DNA of 57,604 nt from Synechococcus sp. (GCA_051439425.1 JBFRWD010000111.1:1-57604), one strand, 5' to 3'. Positions 10,402 through 20,625 are shown, numbered from the stretch's first letter. Program-made: numbers and translations. The notes: generated from the letters alone by a model not told the origin.

Positions 10402-11415
10402 TTAATTACCATTCATTGGTCGTAGCGTTACTTCCCACACTAATTGGGGGGAGACAAAGGCTCGCAGTTGCTTGCGAGCATCCTCAAGGCGTTTGATAGC
10501 ATCAGCTCGCTCGGTGAATTGCGACTCGTTCCAAACGGACTGCTGCAGGAAATCCAGTAACCACAGTTGGTGGGGTACGTCGATTTGTTTGGCAATGTCT
10601 CGCCCTAAAGACAAGGCAGACTTGGGCGATGTTGGCCACTGCTGCAGGCGATCGATGAGATCGGCGGGGATCGCTTGCCACATCTCGATGGCTTCTAACG
10701 CTTTACCGGGGCTTCCCTGGGCCAGAGCTAGAGCAATCGATCGTGGCTCGTCAGAAGTGCGACAAGCGGACAGGATGGAGAGCGTCTGTGCCGTGCTGAG
10801 ACGATGAAATGGCAGGACTTGGCAACGAGAGACGATTGTAGACAGCAAGAGAGCGGGATCGGTGGCCAGCAGAATGAGGTGGGATTGGCGGGGTTCTTCC
10901 AACGTTTTGAGCAGGGCATTGGCCGCTGCTTCAGCCAGCGTTTCTGCGCCCGTGATAACAATGACAGAGCGACGAGCCTCAAGCGGGGTTCGGAAAGCGA
11001 ACTGCGAGATGTCTCTCACCTGTTCCATGCGCAGTTGGGGTGGAGATTTGAGAGTATGGCCGGCAGCGATCGCCTCGCTGACCGAAATGGTCTTTCCTTG
11101 ATGTCGATATGTCGGCTCTACCCACAGCAAGTCGGGATGGTTGTCTTGGGTGCGATCGCCATTCGAGATGCGATGACAGGAGGAGCACTGACCGCAGGGA
11201 AGTTCGCCACCATCAGGCCGATGGGGGCAGAGGAGTGCACGGGCAAACCAACGGGCGGCGATCGCTCGACCCACTCCATCCGGCCCAGCAAATAAATATG
11301 CTGGAACCAACCGTTGCTTGAGCAATCCGGCTTTGAGGTATTGAATGGCTAACTCTTGGCCCACCAAAGGGGGTTGTTGACCGAAGTCGGAAGGCACAGT
11401 GTTGGGCTCCGTCAC
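10402..11415 (-). CDS. holB: DNA polymerase III delta' subunit
   Basis: AYLFAGPDGVGR, CG.C.SC zinc module, HPDLLWVEP, AANALLKTLEEP, TIVSRCQ. The GTG start overlaps the tmk stop (TAGTG). Confidence 0.93.
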   Translation of the reverse strand: MTEPNTVPSDFGQQPPLVGQELAIQYLKAGLLKQRLVPAYLFAGPDGVGRAIAARWFARALLCPHRPDGGELPCGQCSSCHRISNGDRTQDNHPDLLWVEPTYRHQGKTISVSEAIAAGHTLKSPPQLRMEQVRDISQFAFRTPLEARRSVIVITGAETLAEAAANALLKTLEEPRQSHLILLATDPALLLSTIVSRCQVLPFHRLSTAQTLSILSACRTSDEPRSIALALAQGSPGKALEAIEMWQAIPADLIDRLQQWPTSPKSALSLGRDIAKQIDVPHQLWLLDFLQQSVWNESQFTERADAIKRLEDARKQLRAFVSPQLVWEVTLRPMNGN

Positions 11416-12101
11416 TACGCTGATTCCTCTCGTAAAGTGTCTCCCTTCGCCCCGTTGACTGGCTGGGCTAGTTGGGGACAGCAGGTTGCCACAATTGTCC
11501 AGGCATCTGCAAACACCTGCTCTCGATCCTGACAGGCATCTACACGCCGGATGCGTTCGGGACATTGCCGAGCAAGCTGGCAAAACCCATTGTGAAGCCG
11601 CTCGTGAAACTCAATCGCTGTTTGTTCTAGGCGATCGGGTGACTGGGCCTCCAATTGTGCTCTTGTGTGAACGCGTTGCAACCCTTCCCGCACCGGAATA
11701 TCTAGCCACAGTGTGAGCATTGGGCTGAGACCACCGGTGGCAATCTGGTTTAATTGCTCGATAACCGCGAGGTCAAGTTGGCGACCGTACCCTTGATAGG
11801 CCACTGTAGAGTCCGCGAACCGATCGCACAACACCACCTGGCCTGCCTGCAATGCCGGAACGATGGTTGAAGCCACATGCTCGGCCCGATCGGCCGCATA
11901 CAGGAGCAGCTCGGTCTCAATTGCCAGCTCCCCCCCCTGTAGTAACAGCGATCGCAACGCCTGTCCTACCTCAGTGCCACCCGGCTCGCGGGTACACAAG
12001 CAAGCATGTCCCAACTGAGTTAACCGATCGGCTAAGCGATCGCGGAGCGTAGTTTTACCTGCCCCTTCTCCACCTTCAAGCGTAATGAAATAACCTGCCA
12101 T
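11415..12101 (-). CDS. tmk: Thymidylate kinase
   Basis: FITLEGGEGAGKTT, TREPGGT, LLYAADRAEH, LCDRFADSTVAYQGYGR. Confidence 0.97.
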   Translation of the reverse strand: MAGYFITLEGGEGAGKTTLRDRLADRLTQLGHACLCTREPGGTEVGQALRSLLLQGGELAIETELLLYAADRAEHVASTIVPALQAGQVVLCDRFADSTVAYQGYGRQLDLAVIEQLNQIATGGLSPMLTLWLDIPVREGLQRVHTRAQLEAQSPDRLEQTAIEFHERLHNGFCQLARQCPERIRRVDACQDREQVFADAWTIVATCCPQLAQPVNGAKGDTLREESA

Positions 12102-12237
12102 CTCCCCTCCAGCAGTAGCAGATACTAGATTGCCGTTCGGGTGCTACCAGGAGGAGTCTACTGCATATGTAAGAGGTCGCCTGCACGACTGCCGAGGGCT
12201 AATCTATAGCAGCACTTGCTCGCTTATAGCTGACTGC

Positions 12238-13473
12238 CTATTGCAGGGGAGCTGGAGCCTGAATATTCGGTTGCAATTGGAAAGTGTGACCGGGTGCGAT
12301 CGCATACACATCTGTACGATTGGTCTTGATAATGTTTTGCAAAGCCAGACCATTAGCACCGCTGCGAAGCATACTGGCAAGTTGTTGTTCCAACGCTCGT
12401 TCTTTTTCCTGGCGATCGCGACCTTCCAAATTATCCGCCAGTGATGGGAACTGTGCTAACAACTGAACGGATAGAGACCCTGTCACTGGGAGATTAACAA
12501 GGGTTAGATTCGATCCGCCCAGTTGCAAGCCAATACTGGTCGACCGGCGATCGATCCCCAATGCTTGCAGGGCATTGGCAGTTTGGTTCGTGGGAATAGT
12601 GCAAGTATCGAGTTTCAGAATAGGAACTGTCGTTGCACTGAGGGCAGAATTTGAAGCAACATTCACCAACGTGAAGGAAGGAAGACCGTTGTAGTCCACG
12701 CAAAACTCACGCAAGTTAGGAGGCACTTGCTCTGCTCGGATTGGCCGTTCGTCATCAAATCCATTTTTGGCCGTATAAAAGTCTCGCATGGCAAAACCAC
12801 TGAAGAAGGCCACCAATATGGCAATGATCAGGATCGTAACTCCGCCCAATTTGCGGGAGCGCTGCGGAGATCCTGTAGGACCACCAGAACCACCAAATCC
12901 GCCACCAAATCCGCCACCACCTGCTCCAACCCCTGGGCGCTCTCCGTACCCCTGGCCAGCAGATCCACGCCCACTAAAATCGCGATCGCTAAACCGGCTG
13001 CGCTCGGGAGGGGTAAACGTTCGGGCTCTAGCGCGAGAATCGCGGGGGGGCTCGGAGCGACGGCCACGTGCGCGCGCAAACTCCGGTCGTCCATCGGGAC
13101 GGCGTCTTCCTTCGTTCGGAGATACTTCCCGATCTCTGGAACGCTCCCGACTGGGGGAGGGGTTAGTCACCAATGCCTGACTGGCAGCAATATTGCGAGC
13201 AGCCGATCGACGGCTGGCACTGGTCGACAGAGGCGTACCAACGGGACGAGCAGTCGTTTCAATTTCACGCTCAAAGTCATCATCATCTCGTTGCGAGGGA
13301 TCGATCGATGAGTCCGGCACATCAGGCCGATTGGAGGGGCGTGGATTTGCTCGCTCTGAGGGAGTCTCTCGCCGACCTTCATTCCCCCGGCGGTTGATGT
13401 CGTTCTCATCCATACTGCGTCCACCCGAGCGGTCAAAGCTTGAGGATTCGGTGCGTTCGAAATCTGATGCCAT
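12238..13473 (-). CDS. Single-pass membrane protein with long Arg/Ser/Gly-rich disordered N-terminus; C-terminus possibly a divergent DUF3172-like domain
   Basis: About 200 aa of low-complexity sequence, a TM helix (GVTILIIAILVAFFSGFAM), then P.N..EFCVDY...C motif. The family call is from memory and weak. Confidence 0.6.
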   Translation of the reverse strand: MASDFERTESSSFDRSGGRSMDENDINRRGNEGRRETPSERANPRPSNRPDVPDSSIDPSQRDDDDFEREIETTARPVGTPLSTSASRRSAARNIAASQALVTNPSPSRERSRDREVSPNEGRRRPDGRPEFARARGRRSEPPRDSRARARTFTPPERSRFSDRDFSGRGSAGQGYGERPGVGAGGGGFGGGFGGSGGPTGSPQRSRKLGGVTILIIAILVAFFSGFAMRDFYTAKNGFDDERPIRAEQVPPNLREFCVDYNGLPSFTLVNVASNSALSATTVPILKLDTCTIPTNQTANALQALGIDRRSTSIGLQLGGSNLTLVNLPVTGSLSVQLLAQFPSLADNLEGRDRQEKERALEQQLASMLRSGANGLALQNIIKTNRTDVYAIAPGHTFQLQPNIQAPAPLQ

Positions 13474-13727
13474 GCTAAATGCGGGAAATCAAAAGTGACA
13501 GCAATCTCAATATCAATCGAGATCTGAATTGCGATAGAAATCGAAATAGCGTGTACTTAGGGTTACCTAACCTCATCGGTTAGAAAACTAGCCACAGACG
13601 GCCCCCGTGCCAATTCATTCACGGCCGAGAAGCCAATCACCGTCGCTTCTCAACGAACAGCCACAACCGCACCATCGGTAAGGATTAGCACACTCTTTCA
13701 GTACTTAGATTAACCTACCCTGCAGTC

Positions 13728-15818
13728 TCAGGTGGCAGATGACTCAACTGGGCTAGCCTCAGGCCCCGCAGCCGGTGACCATACGCTAGCGCGATCGACA
13801 ATCGGGAGTAGGGGACCAGTCAGCTCGCTACCGGCAATCGACAGATCGCTATGGCAAAGAATAATCCGATCGCTGCAGCGGTGTGTCAAGTCGGCCAAGA
13901 CTCTCTCCAATCCCTCGTTCAACACTTGCTGCGTCCGTTCCGGGCTCCAAACATCCCCCTGCCACTCTTGCAAAAAAAGATAAGGATTTTTGAGCTGGAA
14001 GGAGCCAAAACTGCTATACGCGCTGTTCCACAGGCTCGATCCAGCATCCAACCAAAACTGCCATCGGTGAGAGAGTCGGGCCATCCGATATTGATAAATG
14101 GTGCCCAGTACAATTCCCGGCTGATTGCGAGCATCCAGATCGGTCACATCTGGTTTGGCTGTTACTGCCCCGGCCGCCAATAGCTCGTAAAAGCTACGCC
14201 CAACAGTTTCGGGTGGTTGGCCCAATCGCTGCGCCACGGCTTCGTACCGTTGCGCAGCCTCGATCGCCGCTCGGTAGGTGCTGACCTGTTGACGATTGAG
14301 GGTTTGCTCCAACCAAAACTGGCGCAGTGCTGCCTGCAAAAACTCGGGAAGAGGTTTGAGGGGACTCTGTTGCTGGTGTTGCACCCAACGAGCAATAGGC
14401 TGATAGGCCGCACTGGCTTTCGCCCCCAGCCGATCGCGGCGAGGATCGGCTCCAACGTTCAATAATTGCGGATGATCGGCCTGCGGCAAAAAGCAACTAT
14501 CGCTGAGTAACCCTGCCCGTACGGGGTCAATTTGGAGATCGCTTGCCACCACCAACATTTCGGCAATGTGCTCGGGAGATAGCAACTGGCCGCAGTCTGG
14601 ATACACTAGCGCCACCAACGTCAGGAGTGCCCGCATTAGTGGAGAGGCCTGCAACGGACGCGAATTATCGAGCAATCGGACAGGAATGTCAGCCGCTTCC
14701 AGTAGCGTTCGCAAGGTATAGACACCCACCGGATCGAGCCCCGGACCCACAATCGCAATCTCTTCTGCCTTGACCTTCTCGCCTGTGGCATTACCATCAC
14801 AAACAGCGGCGATCGCCGCATCGGCCACCATGCGTAGCAGCTCCCGTCGCGTCGAGGTTTGCAACAGTTTCAGGTTCGATAACGGCTGGGCTACGTCATC
14901 CCAGGCTGCAGCGGGGTCAGCCAACACGGCCAACATCGCTGCGCATTCTTGCTCCAGCCCTCTGCTAGGCCCCAATACTTGCACCGTGCAATATCGACTT
15001 AACGATTCCAGCGCCACCGGATCGGCTCCGTAGCCCAACCGCACCGCCCCTTCCGGATTGAAGCTGAAATGGCACGGCACCTGCTCCTCCAGCAACCACT
15101 CGAAAAAATTCCCCATCAGCGCCGGATATTCATCCACATCATCGGCGATCGTCCACCGACACCGTTGCAACAACTGCTGTCGATACAACCGGTTGGGCAG
15201 TAGATGTTGGCCATACAATTCCGTCATCAAGCTATACGTCAGTAATCCTTGATTGAGGAGAGCAGACCGAAACCGCTCGGCCAAAGCTCCCACAGTGGCA
15301 AGCACGTCGGCGCTAATGCTCCCCCCTTCACCACGAGACTGAAGCAGGCGTTCGGCGATCGACTGCACGGGTAAACCTGCGGCAGCAGCAAGCTGCAGGT
15401 TATCAATGATGTGCCGCACAATCCGCTCGCGACTCAATCCCTCCACCACGATTTGACCGGCATCTATATCTTTGGCGAACAGTTTGTCCGCCAATTCCTG
15501 CTCGTTTTCAGGAGCAATCGTGAGAGGAAACCGTGCTAGCAAACCCAGTCGATCCTGCAAGAGGGGCCAGTACAGCAACACCTCCCGCTGAAAAAAACCG
15601 ATGGGGGTAAATGCCTGCACAATGGATCGATTTTGCGTGGCCGTCTGTAACTGACCAGCTAAATGGGTACGAAGCTCGCTACTGGCAGAAAATACAAAAA
15701 TCGTGCGGCTGTCTATGCCGTCATCAACCCAGCGGGCATAGGTCTGAATGAGGCGATCGCTCTTTCCACTGCCTGCCGCTCCAGTCCACCAAACCGATTG
15801 TGATTGTTGTACTGGCAT
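13728..15818 (-). CDS. Conserved cyanobacterial SF1/UvrD-like P-loop protein
   Basis: Walker A GAAGSGKS, Walker B-like IADDVDEY, EIAIVGP and GTIYQYR segments at helicase-motif positions. No nuclease domain recognisable. Confidence 0.7.
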   Translation of the reverse strand: MPVQQSQSVWWTGAAGSGKSDRLIQTYARWVDDGIDSRTIFVFSASSELRTHLAGQLQTATQNRSIVQAFTPIGFFQREVLLYWPLLQDRLGLLARFPLTIAPENEQELADKLFAKDIDAGQIVVEGLSRERIVRHIIDNLQLAAAAGLPVQSIAERLLQSRGEGGSISADVLATVGALAERFRSALLNQGLLTYSLMTELYGQHLLPNRLYRQQLLQRCRWTIADDVDEYPALMGNFFEWLLEEQVPCHFSFNPEGAVRLGYGADPVALESLSRYCTVQVLGPSRGLEQECAAMLAVLADPAAAWDDVAQPLSNLKLLQTSTRRELLRMVADAAIAAVCDGNATGEKVKAEEIAIVGPGLDPVGVYTLRTLLEAADIPVRLLDNSRPLQASPLMRALLTLVALVYPDCGQLLSPEHIAEMLVVASDLQIDPVRAGLLSDSCFLPQADHPQLLNVGADPRRDRLGAKASAAYQPIARWVQHQQQSPLKPLPEFLQAALRQFWLEQTLNRQQVSTYRAAIEAAQRYEAVAQRLGQPPETVGRSFYELLAAGAVTAKPDVTDLDARNQPGIVLGTIYQYRMARLSHRWQFWLDAGSSLWNSAYSSFGSFQLKNPYLFLQEWQGDVWSPERTQQVLNEGLERVLADLTHRCSDRIILCHSDLSIAGSELTGPLLPIVDRASVWSPAAGPEASPVESSAT

Positions 15819-15952
15819 CCCTTACCGTGACGAGTCTTGAATTTCGATAGGGCTTAGAGCCGCATCATTGTCCACCAGGTGCACCTTAATCTATATCTAT
15901 GTCATGCCTAAGAACTCTTCACCACCCACTACTCGGGGCATACAGTATTTGA

Positions 15953-16009
15953 TTTGCCATTTCAGTTAGGACAGAGGTTTCCAATTGCAGTCAGGTCTAG
16001 ACATAGCTG
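15953..16009 (+). repeat. Partial copy of dispersed repeat B
   Basis: TTTGCCATTTCAGTTAGGACA...GCAGTCAGG..AcATaGCT matches the reverse complement of 34635-34699. Confidence 0.7.
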
Positions 16010-16395
16010 AAATGGCCGCAGCGGTATGGCCACTGCCATATCTCTAACTCCACGAGATATGCGCAACCTGAGAGGCAAACAAAATGAGACAAACGGCTAA
16101 ACAGCGTCCCAATAAAATTCTGAAGGATGTCAGAAACTTGGGGAGCTAAGATTCCTGAATCGGTGCAGGTTTCAACGCCGTCATTCGCCGATGAATAGTC
16201 CATGAGATCGGAGATTGTCACACCGATCCAGCATCAACTCCGCAAAATCACGGAACCGTCCACATCCATTTCACCGTCATCGCACGAAATTGCGGAAATG
16301 CTGCAGAAGAAACCACAAAATTTCACCAAAATCAGAGGTATGGCCATAAACTGGAAAAACTTATTTGCACACATCAACAATATCTCCAGCACGGT

Positions 16396-18669
16396 ATGAG
16401 CCCGACCGCAGCGCCCGAACTTATTGGCATCGAACTCCCCGATTGGCTCAGATACTGCTGGGAAAAGACGCCGAGCGAGCCAGTTGTCACTGAATCCCAT
16501 ACATACAGTGCTGACGACATCCGCCTAATTTGTAGTGCATTCTCCTTCGCCTACGAACTCCACGAAGGGCAAAAGCGGAAATCCGGCGAACCCTATATCA
16601 TCCACCCCATCCAAGTCGCCGGTCTGCTGTGGGATTTAGGTGGAGACGCCGCCATGGTGGCCACCGGCTTCCTGCACGACATCGTCGAAGATACAGATAT
16701 TACTCTCGAAGAAATCGAAGACCGTTTTGGAGCCGAAGTCCGCACGCTAGTGGACGGCGTCACCAAACTGTCCAAATTCATCTTCTCCAGCCGTACCGAA
16801 CATCAGGCTGAGAATTTCCGCCGCATGTTTTTGGCCATGGCCAAGGATATTCGCGTCATTGTCATCAAGCTGGCCGATCGCCTGCACAATATGCGCACCC
16901 TGGAGCACCTGCCCCCCGAAAAGCAAACGCGCATTGCTGCCGAAACTAAAGACATCTTTGCTCCTCTTGCAAACCGCTTGGGGATTTGGATGTTTAAGTG
17001 GGAGCTGGAAGATCTCTCGTTTAAGTACCTGGAAGACAACCAGTACCAGCGCATGAAGCAGTTGGTGACAGTGAAGCGGGCCGAGCGGGAAGCCAGTATC
17101 GCGTCGTTTATCGAGCGGCTGCAAATGCAGTTGGAGAGCGACGGGCTGCACAAGTTCGACATGAATGGCCGCCCCAAGCACCTGTTTAGCATCTATAAAA
17201 AGATGCAGCGGCAAAACAAAACCTTCGAGGAAATCTTCGATTTAGCGGGGGTCCGCATCATCGTCAATACGGCAGCGGAATGCTATCAAGCCCTAGCCAC
17301 CGTTCATCGCTGCTTCCGTCCCATCCCTGGCCGCTTCAAAGACTACATCGGCCTGCCCAAACCCAACCGCTACCAGTCACTCCACACAACCGTCATCGGC
17401 GTTCAGGGTCGTCCGGTGGAAGTGCAAATTCGCACCTGGGAAATGCACCACATCGCCGAATACGGTATTGCCGCCCACTGGAAGTATAAAGAAGTGGGCT
17501 CGGGCGCGCAGGTAACAGAGGGAGAGGAGAAATTTACGTGGTTGCGACAGCTACTGGAATGGCAGAGCGACTTGCAGGACGATCGCGAATATCTCGACTC
17601 AATTCGCGAAAATTTATTCGAGAGCGAGGTCTACGTCTTTACCCCTAAAGGGGACTTAATAGCTCTCCCCAGAGGGGCCACCCCAGTAGATTTTGCCTAC
17701 CGCATTCACACAGAAGTGGGGAACCACTGCGCCGGAGCAAAAGTCAACGATCGGATGGTGCAACTCGATACACCGCTAAGTAATGGCGATATCGTATCCA
17801 TCTTGACTCAGAAAAATGCGAACCCCAGTCTCGACTGGGTCAACTTTGTTGCAACTGCAGGGGCCCGTAATCGCATTCGCCAGTGGTACAAAAAATCCCG
17901 CAAGGACGAAAATGTGACTCGCGGCCGCCATTTGCTAGAGCGTGAACTGGGCAAAAACGGTCTGGATGCATTGCTCAAATCCGATCGCATGCAGAAGATT
18001 TCTGAGCGGCTGAACTACTCCAGCACCGAAGATTTATTGGCAGGGTTGGGTTTTGGAGAAACTGGCATTGCGTCGGTGGTGAATAAGCTGCGCGAAACCA
18101 CCAAAGCCCCTGCACCCACCGTATCTCCCTTACCCACATTCAAAACCTCTCCACCTCCCACCAGTGACAAGGGCAGCCAAGCTCCGATCTACGGAGTCGA
18201 GGGCATGCTGCACTACATTGCAGGCTGCTGCCGTCCCCTACCTGGCGATGACATCATCGGCATTGTTACCCGCAAGGGACGCGGCATCGCCATCCACCAA
18301 CACGACTGCCCCAACGTGATGAAGGTAGCGGAATCAGATAGCGATCGCCTGCTGCCCGTGAGCTGGAACCAGTCCACTCTCTCCGGTCGCAACCGCACCT
18401 ATCCAGTTAAGCTCCAGCTGGAGGTGGTCGACCGCGTGGGCGTTCTACGCGATATTCTCTCCCGCCTCTCTGACCTACACATCAATGTCAGTAACGCTCA
18501 GGTGGAAACGTCCCCCAAGAAGCCAGCGATTATTCACTTACTCATCGACGTCTCCCACAAAAACCAGTTGCAAAGCATTATCAATCAGCTTCGGCAATTG
18601 CAAGATGTCCTCGGCCTCAAGAGCGAGCGCCAAACTGCAGCCAGCCCTCCTCCAACATCTCAGAAATAA
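16396..18669 (+). CDS. spoT: Bifunctional (p)ppGpp synthetase/hydrolase (long RSH)
   Basis: HD motif (FLHDIVED), KLADRLHNMRTL, RFKDY, YQSLHT, EVQIRT, followed by TGS and ACT domains. Confidence 0.97.
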   Translation: MSPTAAPELIGIELPDWLRYCWEKTPSEPVVTESHTYSADDIRLICSAFSFAYELHEGQKRKSGEPYIIHPIQVAGLLWDLGGDAAMVATGFLHDIVEDTDITLEEIEDRFGAEVRTLVDGVTKLSKFIFSSRTEHQAENFRRMFLAMAKDIRVIVIKLADRLHNMRTLEHLPPEKQTRIAAETKDIFAPLANRLGIWMFKWELEDLSFKYLEDNQYQRMKQLVTVKRAEREASIASFIERLQMQLESDGLHKFDMNGRPKHLFSIYKKMQRQNKTFEEIFDLAGVRIIVNTAAECYQALATVHRCFRPIPGRFKDYIGLPKPNRYQSLHTTVIGVQGRPVEVQIRTWEMHHIAEYGIAAHWKYKEVGSGAQVTEGEEKFTWLRQLLEWQSDLQDDREYLDSIRENLFESEVYVFTPKGDLIALPRGATPVDFAYRIHTEVGNHCAGAKVNDRMVQLDTPLSNGDIVSILTQKNANPSLDWVNFVATAGARNRIRQWYKKSRKDENVTRGRHLLERELGKNGLDALLKSDRMQKISERLNYSSTEDLLAGLGFGETGIASVVNKLRETTKAPAPTVSPLPTFKTSPPPTSDKGSQAPIYGVEGMLHYIAGCCRPLPGDDIIGIVTRKGRGIAIHQHDCPNVMKVAESDSDRLLPVSWNQSTLSGRNRTYPVKLQLEVVDRVGVLRDILSRLSDLHINVSNAQVETSPKKPAIIHLLIDVSHKNQLQSIINQLRQLQDVLGLKSERQTAASPPPTSQK

Positions 18670-18710
18670 AGCTGGCCTCTCAGAAATAGAGCTGGGATCA
18701 CAGAAATAAG
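18658..18710 (+). repeat. 20-bp tandem repeat x3 overlapping the relA/spoT stop codon
   Basis: tctcagaaataaagctggcc / tctcagaaatagagctggga / tcacagaaataag. Confidence 0.8.
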
Positions 18711-18855
18711 CCACCATTGTCGCGTTACCCTCTCGTCCGCTCGATAGACCGAGCAGAATCCCGAGTCCCGTCCTTTCAGGGCAGAATCGCTGCAGTTTCG
18801 GGTCGAGGGATGCAACAATAAAGTTTAGTAACGCAGACACAGATGCGGAGGAAGC

Positions 18856-19401
18856 ATGTTGCGACGCGCCATCGCCGGACTTTTGGCTACCGTAATTATT
18901 TTTGTGGGGGGCTGCTCCGCGCAAGCTGGGTTGCAAACCTACAGCGATCGGTCGGGGGCATTTTCATTCGCGTATCCTAACGGCATGAACCAAGTGGCAG
19001 CTGCACCTAGCGATGCTGGTCGGTCGATTCTATTTCGCGATTTGGTCTATGGTGACGAGCTAGTTGACCTCACTATCGCCGACTACGATAAAGCGGATAC
19101 TATTGACGGCCTCGGCTCCATTGAAGAGGTGGGCGAGCGTGTTGCCAACAACCTGTTAGCTCCTGAAGGATCTGGTCGAACCGCCACATTGGTGAACGGT
19201 GGCAGCATCGATCGCGACGGCCAAATCTATTACCTCTACGAATACGAGATGGATGCGGATGGCAGGCCGCGTCACGACATGGTTTCGGTTACCATTCACC
19301 GTCACAAGCTCTATACACTGACCGCATCCACCTCCGAACGACGGTGGGACACGATTAAAGGGGCATTCTACGAGGTAGCCAAGTCTCTACAGGTTAACTA
19401 A
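18856..19401 (+). CDS. psbP: Photosystem II CyanoP lipoprotein
   Basis: Lipobox-like VGGC, FSFAYPNG, YYLYEYE, RHDMVSV...KLYTLTASTSERRW. Confidence 0.9.
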   Translation: MLRRAIAGLLATVIIFVGGCSAQAGLQTYSDRSGAFSFAYPNGMNQVAAAPSDAGRSILFRDLVYGDELVDLTIADYDKADTIDGLGSIEEVGERVANNLLAPEGSGRTATLVNGGSIDRDGQIYYLYEYEMDADGRPRHDMVSVTIHRHKLYTLTASTSERRWDTIKGAFYEVAKSLQVN

Positions 19402-19407
19402 ACTCCG

Positions 19408-20292
19408 GTGACCCAAGCTCCAGCCTCATCTCTTAACACCGCGTCCCCCAACGCCACGTCTCTCAAGAGTTCATCCTTATCTAACCTGGATGTTCGCTCC
19501 TCCAATTCTGCTGAGAGCGTGAGGCAGGAGAACGTAGCCGAGCCTCAAACCTCTGAAGCGAGTAGACCCGGTCAATATTCCCTACGCATGGCGGATATTC
19601 CCGCCGGCGATCGCCCCCGCGAGCGACTATTAGCCCGCGGGGCGCGTCATTTGTCTAGCGCGGAGTTGCTGGCACTGCTGCTGAATACAGGCCAAGGGGC
19701 GGGGAAACTATCTGCTGTCGGATTGGGGCAGCTCTTACTCACCCATCTCAGTCACCACGGAGCCGATCCTCTAGGACGGCTGCGAGATGTAGAGGCGGCA
19801 GAGCTGACCCAAGTGAGCGGCGTAGGCCCCGCAAAGGCCGCGACGATTTTGGCGGCGATCGAGCTGGGGCGGCGGGTGTTTTTAGCCCGTCCGAGCGATC
19901 GCACGGTGGTTGATTCTCCGTCAGTGGCGGCATCTGTGTTCAGTGCCGACATGATGTGGGCCGAGCAGGAGCATTTTGGTGTAATTCTGCTGGATATCAA
20001 GAACCGCATTATCGGCCAGTGCATTGCAACAAAAGGAACGGCAACTGAAACTCTGTCCCACCCTCGCGAAACGTTTCAGGCCGCAATCCGTCAAGGGGCC
20101 AGCCATATTGTGGTGGCCCACAACCATCCATCGGGGATGCTGGATCCCAGCCGCGAAGACATTCACCTGACGCAGCAATTGTTGGAAGCCAGCGAGATTT
20201 TGGATATCCCATTACTCGACCACATCATTTTGGGTGGTGGCGACTTCGTTAGCCTGCGAGAAACAACCGGCCTCTGGGACGGTCGGACTTAA
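19408..20292 (+). CDS. radC: RadC family JAB/MPN protein
   Basis: DRPRERLL, HhH GVGPAKA, HPRE, HNHPSG...PSREDI, LLDHII. The start is uncertain. Confidence 0.95.
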   Translation: MTQAPASSLNTASPNATSLKSSSLSNLDVRSSNSAESVRQENVAEPQTSEASRPGQYSLRMADIPAGDRPRERLLARGARHLSSAELLALLLNTGQGAGKLSAVGLGQLLLTHLSHHGADPLGRLRDVEAAELTQVSGVGPAKAATILAAIELGRRVFLARPSDRTVVDSPSVAASVFSADMMWAEQEHFGVILLDIKNRIIGQCIATKGTATETLSHPRETFQAAIRQGASHIVVAHNHPSGMLDPSREDIHLTQQLLEASEILDIPLLDHIILGGGDFVSLRETTGLWDGRT

Positions 20293-20440
20293 GCTGAGCT
20301 CCGGAATACCAACACATTGCGAATGCCGGATGTTACTGGGATCGAGACCCCGACAAAACACTCCTGCAGAGAAGGCCAGCAAGTAGCTACAGCCAAACCA
20401 AATTGGCCCTAGCGGGAGTACTATTGACCCTGTTTAAAAG

Positions 20441-20514
20441 GGCGGACGAGGAGGATCGAACTCCCGAATGTCGGTACCACAAACCGATGCCTTAACCACT
20501 TGGCTACGCCCGCC
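20441..20514 (-). tRNA. trnH: tRNA-His (GTG)
   Basis: Cloverleaf G-1 GCGGGCG...TCGGT-TT-GTG-GT-ACCGA...GGGAG-TTCGATC-CTCCT-CGTCCGC-C. G-1 and discriminator C are His identity elements. CCA is not encoded. Confidence 0.97.
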
Positions 20515-20625
20515 ATAAATTTGGCCCTTGTAGTTTAGCATCAGGTGTTTGCAAGTGTCACAGGAATTTCGGAATCGAAGTTCGAGACTGTGGATTTACG
20601 ATTTAAGCCCCTCCTCCCAAGGGAT

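Noticed and set aside
11416..11583. Cys-rich N-terminal extension on HolB
   Set aside because: It lies within tmk in another frame. GTG 11415, coupled to the tmk stop, is the better start.
16396..18669. RelA/SpoT as a toxic alarmone (toxSAS) system
   Set aside because: It is a full-length housekeeping RSH with an intact HD hydrolase, TGS and ACT domains.
20300..20620. tRNA-His next to radC as an integration site or island
   Set aside because: No integrase and no duplicated tRNA 3' end seen. The flanks are core genes, and radC is the full-length chromosomal type.
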